Assembly (NCBI GenBank): GCA_038058475.1
Contig: JBBUAW010000004.1
Coordinates: 1-53,626 of the forward strand
Source of the DNA: Patescibacteria group bacterium
GTDB lineage: Bacteria > Patescibacteriota > Minisyncoccia > Phycocordibacterales > JACOZG01
Direction: 5' to 3'
Length of the DNA: 53,626 nt
The translations under genes and the position numbers were made by a program. Below, in pieces: positions 1 through 8,667 of this stretch (positions are counted from its first letter, which is position 1; each line of letters opens with the position of its first letter). Below the pieces are notes generated by a model that searched no databases, had not been told where the DNA came from, and was given only the letters and a program-made list of their open reading frames with translations.

Positions 1-617
1 CCTTGATCGGCGGAAAATTGATTGGCCGTGCCCGGACCGTAAATCATCCGGTAATTAGTTTTAAGCGCGGATTGGGTATCAAACGACCGATAACCGGAAA
101 CGATTTTCAAATCAATTTTATCTTCCGCCGCCGCCCGCAAAAGTTTTTCCAGAAAAGACCAGACATTGGCGTGAAGCTGTTGGGGCCGGTTTTTATCAGC
201 CAAGTAAAGCGACTCAATTTCTATCAATCGTTCCGGCGCATAGTGTTCGTTCAGAAAAAAAGTTTTAGAATATTTTTGCAACAGTTCCGGATCCGTTTTA
301 CTTAATTTTTGAAGCGTCCCGACGGTGCTGACAATCTGATCCAAATTTTCTTTTACCGCGCTGGTTTTTGCTTGTTCAGCTTTGAGCGCCTCGGCCAAAC
401 TCACATTGCGTTCGTCGGCCGCGATGATGCTGTCTTTCAAAATTTTAACCTCGCCATCCAAAGTCTCAGTACTGGAAGCAAACCGCTGATTTAAATCACT
501 TAAATCAGCCGTCAATTCAGCCGCCAGCCGCTCATCTTGATATCGGCCGTAACCAAACAAAAATCCGGCGATAACCAGACCGGCGCCGACCAAAGTTAAC
601 CAACGGGTCTTTTTCAT
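1..617 (-). CDS. M15B-family D-Ala-D-Ala carboxypeptidase (VanY-like), membrane-anchored with coiled coil; 3' end runs off the window
   Basis: Not in the ORF track. Manual translation from ATG 617 gives MKKTRWLTLVGAGLVIAGFLFG (TM) ... coiled coil ... IVSGYRSFDTQ ... ANQFSADQG; SGYRS..Q is the VanY motif. Confidence 0.85.
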   Translation of the reverse strand, partial: MKKTRWLTLVGAGLVIAGFLFGYGRYQDERLAAELTADLSDLNQRFASSTETLDGEVKILKDSIIAADERNVSLAEALKAEQAKTSAVKENLDQIVSTVGTLQKLSKTDPELLQKYSKTFFLNEHYAPERLIEIESLYLADKNRPQQLHANVWSFLEKLLRAAAEDKIDLKIVSGYRSFDTQSALKTNYRMIYGPGTANQFSADQ

Positions 618-647
618 TTCCGACGATTATACACTATAATTGAGCTT
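618..647. promoter_or_regulatory. Back-to-back -10 elements for two divergent, probably leaderless genes
   Basis: TATAAT on + at 635-640, 7 nt before ATG 648; TATAAT on - at 626-631, 8 nt before ATG 617. Confidence 0.6.
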
Positions 648-1724
648 ATGACAGCAGTTCACCCTGTTTATGATAAATTAATTGGACAACATTTGGAGAT
701 TTTAAAAAGTCTTCAAGCTGAATCTGGTTTATTCATCGCGGCGAAAAAAGACATCAAAACCGGCTATGACAAAGCCTGGTTGCGCGACAATTTTTACGAA
801 TGCTTGGCTTTTGAGGTGCTCGGGGATTTTGCCACCGTTTGGAAAACTTACCGCGCGATTCTGGATATTTTCAAAAAACACGAATTCAAGATTGATTACG
901 CGATCAGTAAAAAACCGGAGCACAACTATCAATACATCCATCCCCGTTATAATCCGGAAACCTTTGATGAATACTGGGAAGAGTGGGGGAATAAACAGAA
1001 CGATTCCATTGGTTGCATTTTGTTTAAAATCGGCGAACTGGAGAAAAAAGAAAAAGGTTCAATTGTGACAACTGATGACGACCGGCGAGTCGTTCAAAAA
1101 CTCGTTTGGTATCTCTCAACTTTGGAGTATTGGCACGATCCCGATTCCGGAATCTGGGAAGAGGGGCAAGAAGTGCATACTTCTTCCGTCGGCGCCTGTC
1201 TGGCTGGTTTGCAGATGGCCAGAAATATTGCCGGCGTATCCGTGCCGGAAGACTTAATTAAAAAAGGCGAAGAAACTCTTCATAAATTACTGCCGCGCGA
1301 GTCCGAGAAAAAATTTGTTGATCTGGCGCTCTTATCTCTGATTTGGCCTTACGCCGTGACCAAGGCAGAGGAAACGACGGCAATTTTGACTAATGTTGAA
1401 TATCACTTATTACGCCGGCATGGGGTGATTCGTTACAAAGGCGATCATTATTACAATAAAAATCCGGATGGCTGGTCCGAGGAAGCGGAATGGACTTTTG
1501 GTTTAAGTTGGCTGGCAATTATTCATCAACGGCTGGGCCAGACCGAAAAGGCTGAATATTTTTTAGCTAAGGCGAAAAAAACGGTCACCAAAGATGGTAT
1601 TATCCCCGAGCTCTATCTTTCCAATTCCACTAGATACAACGACAACGCGCCGCTCGGCTGGAGCGAGAGTCTGTTTATTGTCGCTTTGTGTGAAGTGAAC
1701 AAGCATCATCTTGAAACCCCTTAA
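648..1724 (+). CDS. Glycoside hydrolase family 15 protein (glucoamylase / phosphorylase-kinase alpha-beta-like (alpha/alpha)6 barrel)
   Basis: YDKAWLRD, DSGIWEE, GVIRYKGDHYY, IPELY and PLGWSES motifs typical of GH15. Confidence 0.85.
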   Translation: MTAVHPVYDKLIGQHLEILKSLQAESGLFIAAKKDIKTGYDKAWLRDNFYECLAFEVLGDFATVWKTYRAILDIFKKHEFKIDYAISKKPEHNYQYIHPRYNPETFDEYWEEWGNKQNDSIGCILFKIGELEKKEKGSIVTTDDDRRVVQKLVWYLSTLEYWHDPDSGIWEEGQEVHTSSVGACLAGLQMARNIAGVSVPEDLIKKGEETLHKLLPRESEKKFVDLALLSLIWPYAVTKAEETTAILTNVEYHLLRRHGVIRYKGDHYYNKNPDGWSEEAEWTFGLSWLAIIHQRLGQTEKAEYFLAKAKKTVTKDGIIPELYLSNSTRYNDNAPLGWSESLFIVALCEVNKHHLETP

Positions 1725-1749
1725 TATTACGCAATAAATTAATAAAAAA

Positions 1750-1790
1750 ACAAAACCCCCGACCGCAATTTAATGGGCAAGGAGTTTTGT
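1750..1790. terminator. Possible imperfect bidirectional terminator between convergent genes
   Basis: ACAAAACCCC...GGAGTTTTGT imperfect inverted repeat preceded by an A-run. Confidence 0.35.
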
Positions 1791-1807
1791 CAGGCTAAAA
1801 ATAAGCT

Positions 1808-1885
1808 CTATTTGCAACCGCAATCACAGGTGCCGTCCGCCTTATGCTCATGATGGCACTTATCGCACTTTTTGGCCTCGTCCAT
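1808..1885 (-). CDS. 25-aa Cys/His-rich peptide, metallothionein-like
   Basis: ATG 1885 to TAG 1808 encodes MDEAKKCDKCHHEHKADGTCDCGCK; upstream TATAAT (1937-1942, minus strand) and AT-rich leader. Confidence 0.65.
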   Translation of the reverse strand: MDEAKKCDKCHHEHKADGTCDCGCK

Positions 1886-2080
1886 AGTAAAATTTTAAAT
1901 TATTTGTAAGTTTCTAATCGTCGACCGTAGACCATAATTATATACCTGCCACCGAATTTTCAACATTGACAGACTTAATCGCAATAAATGTAATTAAACA
2001 TCTCAAAAATTATCTTTAGTCATTGATTAATGTATAATAAAGCCATTATCAGCGCAGAATTAAAAAGCAAATAATAAATT

Positions 2081-2341
2081 ATGGCAAACCAAAAAGAATA
2101 TGTTCGCAATCGAGCTGATTCCAAGATCGGCAAAATCGTAGTGGATCGCGACCTCTGCATCGGCGCCGCCTCTTGCATCGCCGTCTCGGGTGAGACTTAT
2201 AATTTAGACAATGAAAATAAGGCGGTGGTACTTGACCCGAACGCCGCGGACGATGCCACCTTGCTGATGTCGGCTCAATCGTGCCCGACCAAAGCCATCC
2301 TGCTTTTTGACAAGTCGGGCAAACAAATTTTCCCCAAATAA
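2081..2341 (+). CDS. Single-cluster ferredoxin, probably [3Fe-4S]
   Basis: CIGAASC (CxxAxxC) plus CPTKAI; 86 aa. Confidence 0.9.
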   Translation: MANQKEYVRNRADSKIGKIVVDRDLCIGAASCIAVSGETYNLDNENKAVVLDPNAADDATLLMSAQSCPTKAILLFDKSGKQIFPK

Positions 2342-2369
2342 GCTTTTTCTTCATTTAAAATTTAAAGTC

Positions 2370-3608
2370 GTGGATAAATACAAATATGTGATTATCGGCG
2401 GCGGCGCGGCGGGGGTGGCGGCGGCGGAGGCCATCAGGCAAGTTGATCAAAACGGTTCGCTCACCATCGTCAGCGACGAAGAACACGCGCTGTATTCGCG
2501 CGTGATGTTGTCCAAACCAAACTTTTTCTTGGGCAAAATTCCCTTTGATCAAGTCTATCTCAAGGGCGATGACTGGTATCGCGAAAACCGAATCAATTTT
2601 CTGGGCGGCCAAACCGCCAGCGGTCTGGACGGGGTGAATAAGGTTATTTCTTTGGCGACCGGCCAGAAATTGCCATACGAAAAATTACTCATCGCGACTG
2701 GCGTCCGCGCCCGGACCCTGAATGTTCCGGGGGCGGACAAATCGGGAGTCCATTGTTTGCGGACGCTGGAGGATGGAAAAAAAATAATGGCTGATCTGAA
2801 AACCGGAAAAACCGCCATTATTGTTGGCGGCGGTTTTATCAGTTTTGAAATGGCGGACTTGTTGAAATTAGCCGGACTGGAAACGACCATTATCCTCCGG
2901 GAAGCTTATTTTTGGGAGCCGATTTTGGACGAAGCGTCGGGGTTGATGATTGAAAATACTCTCATTAAAAATGGTGTAAAAATTATTAAAAAAACCGAAC
3001 TGGCCAAAATCACAGGTGGCGAATCAATTGACGGCGTGATCTTGAAAAACGGTACGGTTATTTCGGGCGATTTGTTGATCTGTGGTATCGGTGTCATCAG
3101 TTCAGCCGACTGGGTCAAACAATCCGGCCTCGCGACTAATGAAGGAATTTTGGCCAATGAATATCTGGAGACGAATTTTCCGGATGTCTGGACCGCCGGC
3201 GACGTTGCGGAATATAAAGATTTGTTATTGGAAGAAAATGTCCAAATGGGCAATTGGGTCAACGCGCGGGAGCAGGGGAGGATTGCCGGACTAAATATGG
3301 TTGGCGGTGAAAAACATCCGTTTAAATTTATTTCTTTTTATACCACCCAAGGTCTGGGTCTGACCATTGCTTTTGTGGGCGATGTCGCGCCGGGCCAAGA
3401 CCGGTTGATCATTCCGCGCGGTTCGCCGACTCTTAATTCCTACGGGCGCTTAATTATCGTCGGCCGAGAATTGATTGGCGCGACCCTCATCAACCGCACT
3501 GTGGAAATGACCACCATCGCCAAATTGATTGAAAATAATGTTGATGTTTCGACCCATCAAACCGAGCTTGGCGATCCGAGTTTTGATCTGAAGAAGTTAA
3601 TTATATAG
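2370..3608 (+). CDS. NAD(P)/FAD-dependent oxidoreductase (ferredoxin/rubredoxin reductase or NirB N-terminal-like)
   Basis: GGGAAG FAD motif, LLIATG, VGGGFI NAD motif, TAGDVAE. The in-frame GTG at 2370 avoids overlap with the ferredoxin gene. Confidence 0.88.
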   Translation: MDKYKYVIIGGGAAGVAAAEAIRQVDQNGSLTIVSDEEHALYSRVMLSKPNFFLGKIPFDQVYLKGDDWYRENRINFLGGQTASGLDGVNKVISLATGQKLPYEKLLIATGVRARTLNVPGADKSGVHCLRTLEDGKKIMADLKTGKTAIIVGGGFISFEMADLLKLAGLETTIILREAYFWEPILDEASGLMIENTLIKNGVKIIKKTELAKITGGESIDGVILKNGTVISGDLLICGIGVISSADWVKQSGLATNEGILANEYLETNFPDVWTAGDVAEYKDLLLEENVQMGNWVNAREQGRIAGLNMVGGEKHPFKFISFYTTQGLGLTIAFVGDVAPGQDRLIIPRGSPTLNSYGRLIIVGRELIGATLINRTVEMTTIAKLIENNVDVSTHQTELGDPSFDLKKLII

Positions 3609-3615
3609 CCGATGT

Positions 3616-5643
3616 TTATTTCATCATTCTCGCATCTACTACGAATACCGAATCGGGATTGACAAGCACCGGATTCAAATCCATTTCTTTAATTTCCGGA
3701 TGCTCAATCGCGAGTTTGGAAACTTTAACAATTAATTCAGCAAGAGCATTTATATTAACCGGTTTTTCGCCACGGACGCCGGTGAGAATTTTAGCGCCCT
3801 TAATTTCTTGAATCATCTCCAGCGCCATTTCTTGAGAAACCGGCGCGATGCGGAGCGCGATATCTTTCAAGATTTCGGTAAAGATGCCGCCAAAGCCGAA
3901 CAAAATGGTCGGGCCGAAAATCGGATCGCGCTTCAGGCCGATAATGATTTCTTTCCCGGAAATCAGCGGTTGAACGAGCAGACCGTCAAGTTTGGCGTTG
4001 GGATTTTCGATCACAATTTCGTCCCAAGCTTTTTCCGCTTCCTCAATATTTTTTATATTTAATCTGACTGCGCCGGAATCGGTCTTATGAATAATGTCCG
4101 GCGAAATCGCTTTCATAACCAAAGGCCCGGAACCTAATTTTGAACGAATTTCTGTAAGCTCGGTTTTTTCTTTGGCCAAGATGCCGCTTAAAGAAATCTC
4201 ATAATCTTCTAAAATTTTGGACATCTCGGCAAAATCCATCATCGACAAAACTGAAACCGGTGCTGGTTGAACGTTGCCTATTTCAACCGCTCTTTCTTGT
4301 TTTTTGACGCCGCGAGCGAGATGATCTAAAGCCTCAATGGCATCCTTCGGAAAAGTAAAATTCACCAGATTATTTTGTCGCAAATGATTAAGACCGGTTT
4401 CCACCGCCGGTCCGCCGATGAAAATCGGCAGAATCGGTTTTTGCTTGCTGAATTCAACAATCAGTTCAGCGGTCGCTTTTGCCTCGGTCATCATTTGCGG
4501 CGTGAGAATCAGAATAATTCCGTCAACTTCTTTTTCGGCGCCGATAATTTTCAGCGCCTCAGCATAACGCATTGCCAGAGCGTCGCCGATGATGTCCACC
4601 GGATTGCCGACGGCCGCCATCGGCGGCAAGACTTTCCGCAACGCCTCTTTGATTGAGTCTGAAAATTCAACCAGAGAAAGGGAAGGTGAAAGATCAATAA
4701 GATCAGTCGCCACGACTGACGGTCCGCCGCCGTTCGTCAAAACCGCCAATCGCCGCAGGGGTTTTTTGATTCCGAGCTGGAAAAGTTTGGCCAAATTGAA
4801 AAGTTCCCGGATTGATTCCACGACAATCGCGCCGGCTTGGCGGCCAGCGGCGGCAAAGACGGAATCGGCCGGCGCTAGCGAGCCGGTGTGCGATAGCACG
4901 GCTTGACGGCCGCGGCCGGAACGGCCGGCGCGCAAAATGACCACCGGTTTGGTTTTGGTGATCTCGGTGCAGAGCCGGATAAATTCCGGCCCGTTGGATA
5001 ATTTTTCCAAATAAACAAGAATCGCTCGAGTCGCCGCGTCTTTAGCCAGATAATCCAAAAACTCAATTTCGGACAACTGCGCCTCGTTACCTAGACTGAT
5101 AAATTTTGAAAAACCAACGTTCTCGGCAATCGCCAAATCAAGAATCGCCGCGCCGAGCGCGCCGGATTGTGAAAGAAAAGCGATCCCGCCGCGCGGCGGT
5201 TTTTGGGCGGCAAACGAGGCATTAAAATCCATTTGAGTATCAATAATGCCGAGGCAATTCGGCCCAAGTAAAGTGATGCCGCAATCTCGGGCCACCGCGG
5301 CAATTTTTTCTTCAAGCGCCTGGCCAACCGCGCCGGTCTCCTTAAAACCGGCGGAAATAATAATCGCCGCGGTAATTTTTTTGGCCCCACAATCCGCCAA
5401 AATCTGCGGCACGATATCCGCCCGAACGGCAATCACCGCTAAATCAATTTCCGCTGCAATGTCTTTAACGGTTGGATAAGATTTCCGTCCCGCCAATTCT
5501 TGGCGGTTGATATTAACCGGATAAATCATTCTTTTACCACCAGTTAAAAGATTGGTCAGCAGGGCAAAGCCAACTTTATTCTTATCGTTGGAAGCGCCAA
5601 TGACCGCTACGGATTGAGGATTAAAAATCTTTTCTAGAGCCAT
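3616..5643 (-). CDS. ADP-forming acetate-CoA ligase, fused alpha+beta (CoA-binding plus ATP-grasp)
   Basis: VAVIGAS, GPNCLG, SQSGA, SHTGSLA (phospho-His), NPVD, HKTDSGAV, EMDLNP. Confidence 0.93.
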   Translation of the reverse strand: MALEKIFNPQSVAVIGASNDKNKVGFALLTNLLTGGKRMIYPVNINRQELAGRKSYPTVKDIAAEIDLAVIAVRADIVPQILADCGAKKITAAIIISAGFKETGAVGQALEEKIAAVARDCGITLLGPNCLGIIDTQMDFNASFAAQKPPRGGIAFLSQSGALGAAILDLAIAENVGFSKFISLGNEAQLSEIEFLDYLAKDAATRAILVYLEKLSNGPEFIRLCTEITKTKPVVILRAGRSGRGRQAVLSHTGSLAPADSVFAAAGRQAGAIVVESIRELFNLAKLFQLGIKKPLRRLAVLTNGGGPSVVATDLIDLSPSLSLVEFSDSIKEALRKVLPPMAAVGNPVDIIGDALAMRYAEALKIIGAEKEVDGIILILTPQMMTEAKATAELIVEFSKQKPILPIFIGGPAVETGLNHLRQNNLVNFTFPKDAIEALDHLARGVKKQERAVEIGNVQPAPVSVLSMMDFAEMSKILEDYEISLSGILAKEKTELTEIRSKLGSGPLVMKAISPDIIHKTDSGAVRLNIKNIEEAEKAWDEIVIENPNAKLDGLLVQPLISGKEIIIGLKRDPIFGPTILFGFGGIFTEILKDIALRIAPVSQEMALEMIQEIKGAKILTGVRGEKPVNINALAELIVKVSKLAIEHPEIKEMDLNPVLVNPDSVFVVDARMMK

Positions 5644-6413
5644 AACTGTTCTTCGTAAGTCGGTTTTTCTATTTGGTAAAAAATTCCCACCGGCGTTTTG
5701 TCGTTTGGTTGGGCCAGAAATTCCCGCACCGCTTTTTTATCTTGAATCGGAAAATTTTCGGGTCGGGGATAAAGCCGCTCCTTGAAATATTCGCGAGTGT
5801 CAAAGAAAATCAAACACGGCTGGATTATTTCCACAAAGGCAAAACCTTTATGTTCAATCGCCGCCGCCATTATTTTTTTAGTGCCGGCAATGTCGCCCGC
5901 ATAAGTGCGGGCCAGAAAAGTCGCACCGGCCTCAAGCAACAAAGACAACGGAGCAAACGGTTCTTCCAAATTGCCGGCCGGCGTTGATTTTCCTTGGTAG
6001 CCCTTGGGACTCAAGGCGGTGGCTTGGCCGGTGGTTAGGGCAAAAACTTGATTGTCGTGAAGAAAAATTTTCAAATCGGAATTGCGGCGGGCGGCCTGGA
6101 TCAAGTGTTCTAAACCCTCGGAAAAAGAATCACCATCGCCGGTAAAACCGATGACGGTCAATTGCGGATTGGCACACTTGATGCCGGTCAGCGCCGGCAG
6201 CACCCGCCCGTGAAGCGCCGTAAAACTGTTCAGATTTAAATAATCGGCAATTTTGCCGTGGCAACCAATACCGGCACCAACGACGATATTTTCCGATTTG
6301 ATTTTCCCTGTTTTAATCAACTCTTCAACGGTTTGGCGGAAAGCCACCAAAATGGCGTAATTCGGACAACCCGGACACCAAGTGATTTTGGCTGCGGTTG
6401 ATAGATTATTCAT
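5634..6413 (-). CDS. korB: 2-oxoacid:ferredoxin oxidoreductase beta subunit (TPP-binding)
   Basis: WCPGC, GIGC, HGR, GDGD, DNQVFALTTGQ, QPC. ATG 6413 overlaps the alpha-subunit stop. Confidence 0.93.
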   Translation of the reverse strand: MNNLSTAAKITWCPGCPNYAILVAFRQTVEELIKTGKIKSENIVVGAGIGCHGKIADYLNLNSFTALHGRVLPALTGIKCANPQLTVIGFTGDGDSFSEGLEHLIQAARRNSDLKIFLHDNQVFALTTGQATALSPKGYQGKSTPAGNLEEPFAPLSLLLEAGATFLARTYAGDIAGTKKIMAAAIEHKGFAFVEIIQPCLIFFDTREYFKERLYPRPENFPIQDKKAVREFLAQPNDKTPVGIFYQIEKPTYEEQLWL

Positions 6414-8109
6414 AACCGAAGGCGTTAATTTGTTGCGCGAGTTCAATCGGGTCAAACGGTCGGGAATCATATTTTAAAATATTTTTTGTAACTTGCCGGC
6501 CGGTTTTTTCGTGGATGAGAGCGGCCAGTTGGGCATTATGGTTGCCTTCCACATTGATAATTTTCTTGACATCCGCCAAGGCCGCCAAAACCTTCTTGAC
6601 ATCAAAAGGTTCAAGCCAGACAATTTGCACCAACTTAACCGGCCGGTCAAAATATTTAGCAGCCTCCATAACCGATCCCTTGGTTGAACCCCAAAAAATT
6701 ACCGCCAAATCGGCTTCTTTGTCTCCATAAATTTTTATCGTTTCTTGCCGATCTAATTCCGTCGCTAAAATCTTGGCCTTGGCAAAACGCTTATCCAGCA
6801 TTGCCTTGACCAGTTCGGCCGTCTCGGTAGTCAAACCTTTCTCATCATGTTCATAACTGTTAACTTTAACAACAGTCTCCGGCGTGCCCGGAAAAGCCAG
6901 AGGCGAAACCCCGTCATCCGTAATTTGGTATCGGTGATAGTCAGAACCAGTTTGGCCGGCTGTTTTTCCCGATTCAATTTTGATCTGATCGGTGGCTAAT
7001 TGGCTGGTGGTCGGATGTTCGGAAACAATTTTATCCATCAACACAATCACCGGTATTTGATATTGCCAAGCCAGATTAAGACTGCCGGCGCCGGCGAGAA
7101 AAGATTCCTCGGCATCGCCGGGCGCGATCACGATCCGTGGAAATTCCCCGTGACCGGCATGAATCGCCAAGCGCAAATCAGCTTGACTGGAAAAAGTCGG
7201 CACGCCAGTCGCCGGCGCTTGCCGTTGCGAGACCGCCACGGCCAATGGTAATTCCGCGCCGCCAGCAAAACTGAAGGCCTCCTGCATCAAAGTAAAACCG
7301 CCAGTCGCCGAACCGACGGCTACCCGCTGGCCGGCATAGGCCACTCCGAGCGCCAGATTAATCGCGGCGAGCTCATTCTCCGGTTGAATTACTTTCAGTT
7401 TCGGCCGATTTTTTTGTTCGCCGGCCAAAAAATGCAAAATGGAAGTGGCCGGCGTCATCGGATAAGCAATATAAAAATTAAGACCGGCGGCCAGCCAGCC
7501 CTTGGCCAAGGCAGTATTCCCGTCAATCAGTTCTTTTTTGATTTGATTCGGTTTAATTTTTTTAAATATCACTCGTCCGGTTTTTTCCAAAAATTCAAAA
7601 CCGAGGCGGGCTAATTTGATATTAAGTTCCGGTTGTTTATCTTTGAAAACTTGCTGTAAAATTTTTTGCAACGTTTCAAAATCCAGAGCCAGAAGATAAC
7701 CCAGCGCGCCGAGAGCAACCGAGTTGCGCGCCACTGCTGGCGCGCCGACGGCCGCGGCGGCGGTCGCCATCGGCAAAACCACAGCGTTGGCGCCGCGCGC
7801 AGCCGTTTCCGCGGGGGTCAATTCGTCGGCAAAAATAATGGTACTTTGTTCCAATTCATTTCGGTGAAGAGTGATAGTTTCTTCATTTAAAGCAATCAAC
7901 ACGTCTAGTTTAATATAATCACACCAGATTTTTTCCGAGCTGAAAGACAAACGGGTGAAATTATGCCCGCCTCTAATCAGTGAAGGATTGGCGAGCGAAA
8001 CGAAAACCTCATAACCAAGTTCGGCCAAAAGCGAACCGAACGCGTAACCGGCTTCTCTGGCGCCGTCACCGGCAGCGCCACCGATGCCAATAGTAAAGAT
8101 ATCAGCCAC
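6406..8109 (-). CDS. korA: 2-oxoacid:ferredoxin oxidoreductase alpha subunit (fused gamma-alpha)
   Basis: GGAAGDG, IRGGHN, YPMTPAT, ENELAA, GHGEFPR, SYEHDE. GTG 8109 lies 6 nt after an extended -10. Confidence 0.93.
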   Translation of the reverse strand: MADIFTIGIGGAAGDGAREAGYAFGSLLAELGYEVFVSLANPSLIRGGHNFTRLSFSSEKIWCDYIKLDVLIALNEETITLHRNELEQSTIIFADELTPAETAARGANAVVLPMATAAAAVGAPAVARNSVALGALGYLLALDFETLQKILQQVFKDKQPELNIKLARLGFEFLEKTGRVIFKKIKPNQIKKELIDGNTALAKGWLAAGLNFYIAYPMTPATSILHFLAGEQKNRPKLKVIQPENELAAINLALGVAYAGQRVAVGSATGGFTLMQEAFSFAGGAELPLAVAVSQRQAPATGVPTFSSQADLRLAIHAGHGEFPRIVIAPGDAEESFLAGAGSLNLAWQYQIPVIVLMDKIVSEHPTTSQLATDQIKIESGKTAGQTGSDYHRYQITDDGVSPLAFPGTPETVVKVNSYEHDEKGLTTETAELVKAMLDKRFAKAKILATELDRQETIKIYGDKEADLAVIFWGSTKGSVMEAAKYFDRPVKLVQIVWLEPFDVKKVLAALADVKKIINVEGNHNAQLAALIHEKTGRQVTKNILKYDSRPFDPIELAQQINAFGYE

Positions 8110-8154
8110 GGGAAAATTATAGCATTTCATATTTTGTGCTACAATATGGAAAAA
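8110..8154. promoter_or_regulatory. Divergent pair of extended -10 promoters (oxidoreductase operon / hydrogenase operon)
   Basis: TGCTATAAT on - at 8116-8124; TGCTACAAT on + at 8137-8145. Confidence 0.7.
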
Positions 8155-8652
8155 ATGACGGGACCGAATAATCAGGAAAAGATTAAAATCGGCTGGTTCA
8201 CTTTCTCGTGTTGCGAGGATAATTTAATTGTGATGACGGAAGTAATGAATGACCACTGGCAAGACTGGAAAAAACTTTTTGATTTCCGGCATGTCCGCGT
8301 ATTGAAGTCGCATAATATTTTAGATGAATTGGACATTGCTTTCGTTGAAGGCGCCTTGGCCAGTCCGGAACAAGAAGCCAAAGTGAAAGATATCCGCGCG
8401 CGTTCAAAAAAATTGGTGGCCGTGGGCGCCTGCGCCGTCGTCGGTTTGCCAGCCGGTCAGCGGAATTATTTTACGCCGGAGCAAAAAGCCAACATTGATT
8501 TTCTCTTAACCCGTTTTGACGCTCTGCCGGCGGTTAAGAAAGTGGCGGACGTGGTGTCGGTGGATGGGGAAATCCCCGGTTGCCCGATGACGCCGGAAGA
8601 TTTTTTGACCAAGGTCAACGCGCTGGTCGCCGAATTGCGTCCCGCCGTTTAA
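8155..8652 (+). CDS. [NiFe]-hydrogenase small subunit (HydD/HoxY-like, single cluster)
   Basis: SCCED, FVEGA, VAVGACA, IPGCP; no C-terminal ferredoxin domain. Alternative start ATG 8146. Confidence 0.88.
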   Translation: MTGPNNQEKIKIGWFTFSCCEDNLIVMTEVMNDHWQDWKKLFDFRHVRVLKSHNILDELDIAFVEGALASPEQEAKVKDIRARSKKLVAVGACAVVGLPAGQRNYFTPEQKANIDFLLTRFDALPAVKKVADVVSVDGEIPGCPMTPEDFLTKVNALVAELRPAV

Positions 8653-8667
8653 TTTTAATTTTTCACT

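Noticed and set aside
3-494. Plus-strand ORFs 3..305 and 309..494
   Set aside because: They are antisense shadows of the minus-strand VanY-like gene that starts at 617.
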